A stretch of 5,119 nt of DNA from Candidatus Iainarchaeum sp. (lineage in GTDB: Archaea > Iainarchaeota > Iainarchaeia > Iainarchaeales > 0-14-0-20-30-16), in NCBI GenBank assembly GCA_903916665.1, contig CAIWXP010000052.1, forward strand, positions 1 through 5,119, given 5' to 3'. The notes beneath the pieces are model-generated. The model was not told the DNA's origin. It did not search any database and saw only the letters and a list, made by a program, of their open reading frames with translations. The translations under genes were made by a program, and so were the position numbers. Of this stretch, positions 1-4,558 are shown piece by piece (position 1 is the first letter of the stretch; every line of letters starts with the position of its first letter).

Positions 1-367
1 TTAAATTATTAATTCCTTTTTTAGTTTCTATTTTAGAAATTATTTTAACATCTTTTTTATTTAACAACCTAATTATTTTATTTATTTGATCTTTACTTTC
101 TGCAAATGCAATTGCCAAATAATCAAACTCTTGTTGTTGTAACCAATGCATTAATTTAGTATTCTTTATATCAATTAAAATCTCACATTTTGTTTTACAA
201 ATTTTATTAATTTTTCTAACATTTTCAATAATGGTCTCATATTGATTTTGATTGCCATATTTCGTATTAATTCTAACTACATTTACCCCTTGAATAATCA
301 TATTCTTCGTTGTTAAATAATCTATGCTTGAGGGTCCAATTGTTGCAATAATCTTAGTCTTATTCAT
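1..367 (-). CDS. pyk: Pyruvate kinase-like protein, N-terminal 122 codons; the C-terminus lies beyond the window's 5' edge. It appears to lack the B domain.
   Basis: Absent from the ORF track because it is open at the edge. The reverse-strand ATG is at 365-367. Hand translation with no stop: MNKTKIIATIGPSSIDYLTTKNMIIQGVNVVRINTKYGNQNQYETIIENVRKINKICKTKCEILIDIKNTKLMHWLQQQEFDYLAIAFAESKDQINKIIRLLNKKDVKIISKIETKKGINNL. It is collinear with the pyruvate kinase N-terminus as I recall it for E. coli PykF: MKKTKIVCTIGP..., MRLNFSHG, ILLDTKGPEIR, then DFVAASFIRK...IISKIENQEGLNNF. Confidence 0.75.
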   Translation of the reverse strand, partial: MNKTKIIATIGPSSIDYLTTKNMIIQGVNVVRINTKYGNQNQYETIIENVRKINKICKTKCEILIDIKNTKLMHWLQQQEFDYLAIAFAESKDQINKIIRLLNKKDVKIISKIETKKGINNL

Positions 368-395
368 AATAATCACTATAAATAATACATTAGCC

Positions 396-429
396 TTTTA
401 TATATATTATCTCAAATTATATAAAATCT
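396..429. promoter_or_regulatory. Divergent promoter region between the pyk-like gene and priS, with two TATA-like elements
   Basis: The 87-bp intergenic region (368-454) contains ttttatatatatta (about 396-409). Read on the minus strand this is atatatataaaagg, about 35 nt upstream of the pyk-like ATG. It also contains ttatataaaa (418-427), about 33 nt upstream of the priS ATG at 455. The spacing implies short or absent 5' leaders. In 25% GC DNA, TATA-like strings also occur by chance. Confidence 0.35.
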
Positions 430-454
430 AAAAAATAGGCATTAGTGGACAACC

Positions 455-1681
455 ATGATTATAAAGGCAGAACAGTTTCTAAAATCTAAAATTAAAGAAT
501 TTTATGAAAAGAACTTCATTACTGTTCCTGGTGTTGAATCACGAGAATTCGGCTATGGCATATACAATAAAAAAATATTAGATAGAAATATAAATTTCAA
601 AGATGATTACGAACTCAATACTTTTTTAAGAGAAAAGGTTCCTTTTTATTTATCCTACTCTTGTGGTCATTATCAATATCCCAATGCAAAACCAACAACT
701 GCAAAAAATTATTTAAAAGGAGATTTTATTTTTGAATATGATGCTGATGATATTCCAACTCCTTGTAAAAAGACCCATGATTCTTGGAAATGTGTAAAAT
801 GTGGAGAAGAAGGAAAAGGTCACATTAAGAAATGTCCAAAATGTAATTCAAAAACAGAAATAAGTGAATGGATTTGCGATAAATGTTTAGATGCTACAAA
901 AAAACAAACAAAAAGATTATATAATATTTTAACCTATGAATTAGGTTTTAAAGATGAAGAAATTAAAATTACTTTTTCAGGACATAAAGGATTTCATACA
1001 AAAATAATTTCTGAAAAAATTCAAAGCCTAAAACAAAATGAAAGAATTGAATTAATGGATTACATTACTGAAGAAGGTTTAAATTTTAAAGAATTGGGTT
1101 TCGTTCCCGATAACAAAGGTTCAATTGTTTTTCAAGGAGAACGTTTAGGAAAAACACAAAAATATTTACAATTTATAAAAACAGTTTTAGAAAGTAAAGA
1201 TTCATCTGAATTATTAAATTATTTTGATCCTAATACCTCAACACAAACATTAAATAAATTGGTTAACAACAAACAAGAGGCTTTAGAACTATTGGAAAAA
1301 GGTTTATTCTACAAACCAAGAAAAGATTCTTTAGAACTTTGGTACAATTTATTGGAAAATTTAAAAGATAGCCAAAGACTCTATGTAGATAGACAAACGA
1401 CAATAGATATTTACAAAATAATTAGATGCCCAAATACTATTCACGGGGGCGCAATGTTGTTAGCAAAGGACCTAACAATAGATACTTTGGATGATTTTAA
1501 ACCATTTGAAGATGCCTCTATATATAAGGAGGGCACCCTAAAGATTCATTTAAAAAAGGTTCCGAGGTTATTATTAAATAGCCAGATATATGGCCCATAC
1601 AATGATGAAATTGTGGAATTGCCATATAATATTGCAATTTATTTTTTAGCTAAAGGTGCAGCAGATGAAGCAATCCTATGA
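455..1681 (+). CDS. priS: DNA primase small (catalytic) subunit PriS, archaeo-eukaryotic primase family
   Basis: 408-aa ORF carrying the AEP/PriS motifs in the canonical order. These are PFYLSYSCGHYQYP (the hvYyS..yY.P block), DFIFEYDADD (the DxD metal-binding motif, D96/D98), and a Cys/His zinc segment directly after it. They continue with ITFSGHKGFH (the SGxxGxH motif) and DRQTTIDIYKIIRCPNTIHGG (the D..vT.d..rliR.P.s.H motif with the third catalytic Asp). Confidence 0.93.
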   Translation: MIIKAEQFLKSKIKEFYEKNFITVPGVESREFGYGIYNKKILDRNINFKDDYELNTFLREKVPFYLSYSCGHYQYPNAKPTTAKNYLKGDFIFEYDADDIPTPCKKTHDSWKCVKCGEEGKGHIKKCPKCNSKTEISEWICDKCLDATKKQTKRLYNILTYELGFKDEEIKITFSGHKGFHTKIISEKIQSLKQNERIELMDYITEEGLNFKELGFVPDNKGSIVFQGERLGKTQKYLQFIKTVLESKDSSELLNYFDPNTSTQTLNKLVNNKQEALELLEKGLFYKPRKDSLELWYNLLENLKDSQRLYVDRQTTIDIYKIIRCPNTIHGGAMLLAKDLTIDTLDDFKPFEDASIYKEGTLKIHLKKVPRLLLNSQIYGPYNDEIVELPYNIAIYFLAKGAADEAIL

Positions 1682-2207
1682 AAACATTAGAAAAATCCAC
1701 CGACAGGAAAAAGAAAATGTCGAGCTAATTAGACTTGATGAAGATTTTTTTGATTCTCTACCTGAATTTGTTTTGGAAGAAAAATCCAAATTACAAGATA
1801 TGAGAAATAGCTTAGATGATAGCGTAGTTAGAAAATTAAATAATATTAAATCAATGTTAGAAGATATAATCTATTCTAGAGAGAAAAAGATTATTAACAA
1901 AGCAATATTAAAAACAAAAAATAATGAAGATGATACTAAAAATATGACTTTAGACGAACAAAAAATATACTATAAATTAGTAAATGTTTTATATAGTTAT
2001 CAAAAATTTGCAAAGGGTCCATTTGAAGGCGAAATAAAAGAAGATAAACCAAGATTAACAAAAATAAAAATATTACAAGATGTTCCCAAATTTATTGGAA
2101 CAGATATGCAAGAATATGGTCCATTTGAAAAAGAAACAGAAATAGAAATTATTGAACCTATTGCAAAAATATTTATAAAAAAAGGTATTGGAAAAGATCT
2201 TCAATAA
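1665..2207 (+). CDS. gins51: GINS complex subunit, Gins51 (Gins15) type
   Basis: The track ORF 1656-2207 starts at a GTG. An in-frame ATG at 1665 is preceded by AGGTG (1654-1658) at Shine-Dalgarno spacing, so I place the start at 1665 (MKQSYENIRK...). The N-terminal helical part fits the archaeal Gins51 A-domain pattern: LDEDFFDSLPEF..., ...SREKKIINKAIL, ...MTLDEQKIYYKLV. A small C-terminal B-domain-like segment follows: IKILQDVPKFIGTDMQEYGPFEKETEIEI..PIAKIFIKKGIG. The gene overlaps the priS 3' end, matching the known gins15-priS linkage in archaea. It has no Cys, so it is not PriL. Confidence 0.7.
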   Translation: MKQSYENIRKIHRQEKENVELIRLDEDFFDSLPEFVLEEKSKLQDMRNSLDDSVVRKLNNIKSMLEDIIYSREKKIINKAILKTKNNEDDTKNMTLDEQKIYYKLVNVLYSYQKFAKGPFEGEIKEDKPRLTKIKILQDVPKFIGTDMQEYGPFEKETEIEIIEPIAKIFIKKGIGKDLQ

Positions 2208-2230
2208 ATTATTTGATTATAAAATAATCT

Positions 2231-2267
2231 TGTTTTTTCTTTTAGCAAACTTAGGGTTTTCTTTTTT
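2231..2267 (+). terminator. Oligo-T tracts downstream of the priS-gins unit; candidate archaeal intrinsic terminator
   Basis: Two T-runs follow the gins stop codon (2205-2207): ttttttctttt at 2233-2243 and ttttctttttt at 2257-2267. Archaeal RNA polymerase terminates at oligo-T stretches. In such AT-rich DNA the signal is not very specific. Confidence 0.35.
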
Positions 2268-2280
2268 ACAAAAAAGAAAA
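2257..2280. repeat. Perfect 11-bp inverted repeat (ttttctttttt / aaaaaagaaaa) separated by 2 nt
   Basis: Read directly from the sequence. The left arm is 2257-2267, the spacer 'ac' is 2268-2269, and the right arm 2270-2280 is the exact reverse complement. All pairs are A:T except one G:C, so any hairpin would be weak. Confidence 0.6.
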
Positions 2281-2300
2281 AGATAGTGTTGAGTGATTAT

Positions 2301-3071
2301 ATGTCAGAAAATATGCCAGTAAAAGATGAATTTGTTATATGCACTGTTGAAAAAATCTATGACTATGGTGTTGAAGTTAGATTAGAAGAATATCCAAATC
2401 AAAAAGGATTTATACCTTTGGGGCAAGTTGCTGCTAGATGGGTAAAAAACATTAGAAACTTTGTTAAAGTAGATCAAATTAGAGTTGCAAAAGTAATTTA
2501 TTTAAACTACGAAAAAAATCAAATAAATTTATCATTTGCAATGGTTCAAAAACAAACTGAAGATGCAAAGCTTTCTGAGTGGAGACAAACAAAAAGAGTT
2601 CAACAACTATTAACTTTAGTTGCTCAAGATTTAAAGAAAAATTTAGATGATATTTGGGATAAAATTACTACACCTATATTAAATAAATATGATTCAGTAT
2701 ATGAAGCATTTCAAGAGATAAAAAGATATGGAAAAGATTACATTCCAGAAATACCTCAAGAATACCACGAAGCATTATTTAAAGTTATTGATAAAAATAT
2801 TTCAATTAGTGATAAAACAATCGCAGAACATATAAAAATAGAATTAACTAAAGAAAATGGATTAGAATTAATTAAAGAAGGATTTAGAAAAATACAGGAA
2901 GACAAAAATGTGAAAGTCTTAAAAACTTATTTGGGCAATGGAACTTATTTAATTAAAGCAGAAGCCAAAGAATATAAAACAATTGAAAAATATTTAACAA
3001 AAATAAATGACGATTTAACAAAATATTTTTCTAAATTAGGAATAATAGAAATAAAAAGGTTGGATAATTAA
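2301..3071 (+). CDS. eif2a: Translation initiation factor aIF2, alpha subunit
   Basis: The N-terminal S1 domain has the characteristic a/eIF2-alpha pattern: DEFVICTVEKIYDYGVEVRLEEYPNQKGFIPLGQVAARWVKNIRNFVKVDQIRVAKVIYLNYEKNQINLS. Compare archaeal G.fV.gtV..i..yGAfv.L.EY.gkeg.ihisEv...WvkNIRd.vk.gq..VaKVl.vd..kg.idLS. A helical domain and a C-terminal alpha/beta domain of the right length follow. The track start is GTG at 2286. In-frame ATGs lie at 2301 (preceded by gagtga at 2291-2296) and 2313. I chose 2301, but the start is uncertain by up to 5 codons either way. Confidence 0.9.
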   Translation: MSENMPVKDEFVICTVEKIYDYGVEVRLEEYPNQKGFIPLGQVAARWVKNIRNFVKVDQIRVAKVIYLNYEKNQINLSFAMVQKQTEDAKLSEWRQTKRVQQLLTLVAQDLKKNLDDIWDKITTPILNKYDSVYEAFQEIKRYGKDYIPEIPQEYHEALFKVIDKNISISDKTIAEHIKIELTKENGLELIKEGFRKIQEDKNVKVLKTYLGNGTYLIKAEAKEYKTIEKYLTKINDDLTKYFSKLGIIEIKRLDN

Positions 3072-3838
3072 TGGAAATTAAATGTGATAAACTAAAATTA
3101 AATAAACCAATAGTTTTTATTGGATTACCAGGAATAGGTTTAGTTGGAAAGATTGCAGTTGATACCATTGTTAAAAAAACAAAGGCAAAAAAATGTGGAA
3201 CTATTAATGGTGATTTCTTTCCACCAATGGTTTTTGTTAATAAAGATTCAAAAATACAAGAAAGTTCAGATGAAATATATCATTTAAAATTAGGAAAACA
3301 GGATTTTATTTTTATATCAGGAGATTTTCAACCTAGTTTAGATTCGGTTGATTCATTTCCATTACATCATATATTTGCAAGAGAATTGGCACACTTTTTA
3401 AAAACTATAAATTCAAAGGAAATTTATTCCATTGCAGGAATAAATGTTGGTGACGCAAGAATAACAAAAGAACCAGAATTATTCTTTGCATCAAATAAAT
3501 TTGTAAAAATTTCAGAATATAAAAATAAATTAAAACCTACAAAAAATACTACTATTTCAGGGATTGCTGGATTAATACTAAGTGAAGCAGAAAAATTAAA
3601 TATTCCAGCTACTTGTATATTGGGAGAAACTTCTTCTAAAATTTATGGAGATTTTGAATCAGCCAAAGCAATATTAATTTATATGCAAAATAAATTCAAA
3701 ATTAAATTTGATATGAAAGAAGTTGAAGAAGAAGCAAAAAAAATCTCTAATGCATTCAAACAAGTAGTTAAAGAATTAAAAAAAGCAACAGAATCACAAA
3801 AGGTTATGGATGAACATAAACCTACCTATATTAGATAA
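3071..3838 (+). CDS. PAC2-family protein (PbaA/PbaB-like proteasome assembly chaperone; COG1938)
   Basis: N-terminal signature PIVFIGLPGIGLVGKIAVDTIV...GDFFPPMVFV, a later SGIAGLILSEAEKLNIPATCILGET block, and a long charged C-terminal helix all fit the PAC2 family architecture. The ATG overlaps the aIF2-alpha stop codon by 1 nt (TAATG at 3069-3073), implying co-transcription and translational coupling. Confidence 0.82.
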   Translation: MEIKCDKLKLNKPIVFIGLPGIGLVGKIAVDTIVKKTKAKKCGTINGDFFPPMVFVNKDSKIQESSDEIYHLKLGKQDFIFISGDFQPSLDSVDSFPLHHIFARELAHFLKTINSKEIYSIAGINVGDARITKEPELFFASNKFVKISEYKNKLKPTKNTTISGIAGLILSEAEKLNIPATCILGETSSKIYGDFESAKAILIYMQNKFKIKFDMKEVEEEAKKISNAFKQVVKELKKATESQKVMDEHKPTYIR

Positions 3839-3842
3839 ATTT

Positions 3843-3856
3843 AAGAAAAAGAAAAA
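3843..3856 (-). terminator. Oligo-T tract immediately downstream of the minus-strand HEAT-repeat gene
   Basis: The minus strand reads tag-attaa-tttttctttttctt directly after the TAG stop (3862-3864). The convergent spacer to the PAC2 gene stop is only 23 bp. Confidence 0.3.
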
Positions 3857-3861
3857 TTAAT

Positions 3862-4509
3862 CTATGCTCTTGCATTAGGTCTTCTATCTCTAATATCTCT
3901 TCTTGGTAATTCTTTAAATCTTTGCATAGGTCTAGTTGTTAATCTTACTTGTGCATCTCTCATCGAAGGCATTAAAAATTCAAAATCTTGTTTTTGCAAT
4001 GTACCTAAACGTCTATCAAAATTAATTCCTTTGAATGCTCCGCTAACAACAACTGATTCTTTTTTTAACAACTCCATTAAACTACTAAAATATTTCTTTT
4101 TAATATAATAATGAGTTAATACTTGCGCAGCGGGCTCTTTAATATTTCCTGGCAATCTAGGATTATCTAAAATAGATTTCATTGTTGTTTCACTATTTCC
4201 TAAATATTCAAATGATGCATTAACAAACTGCCTAACTTTTTGATTATTATTGGCTAAATGTGAAACCATATTCAACCATGCTTGCCCTAATTCCCTTCCT
4301 GATTTAGAATATAAATAAACAAATTCAGCAACATTCTCTTTTACTTGGCTAGATCCATCATTTAATCTATTTGCAATAAATGCCACAACATTAATAGGCA
4401 AATCACTAGGTTTTTGTTTAAACTCTCTAAGAAGTAATCTAGACGCAGCTTCTCTAACCTGTTGATCCTCTGAACCAAAGGCAGTTAATAGTTGATTTAA
4501 TGATGCCAT
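3862..4509 (-). CDS. Hypothetical protein with HEAT-like (PBS-lyase-type) repeats and an Arg-rich C-terminal tail
   Basis: The 215-aa ORF has at least three or four tandem helical-repeat units that fit the L...L.d.d..VR..A...L pattern. These are LLTAFGSEDQQVREAASRLL, FIANRLNDGSSQVKENVAEFVY, MVSHLANNNQKVRQFVNASFEYLG and, more weakly, MKSILDNPRLPGNIKEPAAQVL. The C-terminus is strongly basic: RFKELPRRDIRDRRPNARA. I recognised no catalytic motif. That this is a real CDS is confident; the fold assignment is moderate. Confidence 0.55.
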   Translation of the reverse strand: MASLNQLLTAFGSEDQQVREAASRLLLREFKQKPSDLPINVVAFIANRLNDGSSQVKENVAEFVYLYSKSGRELGQAWLNMVSHLANNNQKVRQFVNASFEYLGNSETTMKSILDNPRLPGNIKEPAAQVLTHYYIKKKYFSSLMELLKKESVVVSGAFKGINFDRRLGTLQKQDFEFLMPSMRDAQVRLTTRPMQRFKELPRRDIRDRRPNARA

Positions 4510-4510
4510 A

Positions 4511-4546
4511 ATTATATATAAGCCAAAGCCATATAAAGACTTTTTG
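4511..4546. promoter_or_regulatory. Divergent promoter region shared by the HEAT-repeat gene and rad50
   Basis: The intergenic spacer is only 49 bp (4510-4558). The element atataaag (4531-4538) reads ctttatat on the minus strand, where it is preceded by the purine-rich, BRE-like caaaaagt. It lies about 25 nt from both start codons (4509 and 4559). A second element, attatatata (4511-4520), lies about 43 nt upstream of the rad50 ATG. Confidence 0.35.
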
Positions 4547-4558
4547 CCCAGTTATACT

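Noticed and set aside
720-745. Possible substitution of the first catalytic Asp of the PriS DxD motif by Glu (F-E94-Y-D96 aligned to F-D-I-D)
   Set aside because: The alternative register, D96-A-D98, gives a canonical DxD. Without a real alignment I cannot tell which register is correct, so I make no claim.
1441-1470. Locally GC-rich patch (cacgggggcgcaatgttgttagcaaaggacc) as a possible structured RNA or tRNA fragment
   Set aside because: It encodes the conserved PriS motif ...IHGGAMLLAKD in frame. There is no cloverleaf or extended complementary arm around it. The GC enrichment is explained by Gly/Ala codons.
1900-2200. Numerous poly-A runs (aaaaaa, aaaaaaa) inside coding regions as programmed frameshift or slippery sites
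   Set aside because: They are the expected consequence of Lys (AAA) and Asn-rich coding in about 25% GC DNA. No alternative-frame ORF of meaningful length continues from any of them in the supplied six-frame track.
1656-2207. The ORF downstream of priS as the primase large subunit PriL or as PriX
   Set aside because: At about 181 aa it is far too short for PriL, and it contains no cysteines, so it has no Fe-S cluster domain. Its helical N-domain plus small C-terminal beta-domain, together with the known gins15-priS linkage, fit Gins51 better.
2286-2300. GTG at 2286 (track start) as the aIF2-alpha initiation codon; likewise GTG at 1656 for the gins gene
   Set aside because: In both cases an in-frame ATG lies a few codons downstream with an SD-like purine motif at appropriate spacing. 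The extra N-terminal residues (MLSDY / MQQ) have no counterpart in the family N-termini I recall. This remains unproven, so the alternatives are noted in the feature evidence.
3839-3861. The 23-bp convergent spacer between PAC2 and the HEAT gene as a bidirectional hairpin terminator
   Set aside because: No inverted repeat is present. It contains only an A-run on the plus strand, which is a T-run on the minus strand. That is reported as a weak minus-strand oligo-T terminator only.
3862-4509. Horizontal acquisition of the HEAT-repeat gene, suggested by higher GC and an Arg-rich composition
   Set aside because: The GC difference is small by my hand counts (about 30% versus about 24%, with individual neighbour lines reaching 30-33%). 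An Arg-rich tail alone raises GC. There are no flanking repeats, tRNA or integrase. I kept it as a compositional note inside a finding and do not claim HGT.
3862-4509. HEAT-repeat protein as an AlkD/AlkC-like HEAT-repeat DNA glycosylase (similar size, next to a DNA repair gene), or as a deoxyhypusine-hydroxylase-like HEAT enzyme
   Set aside because: I see no similarity to the AlkD sequence as I recall it. The His-Glu metal-binding dyads of DOHH are absent; the repeats read VREAA and VKENVAE, not HE. The resemblance is only to generic PBS-lyase-type HEAT repeats.
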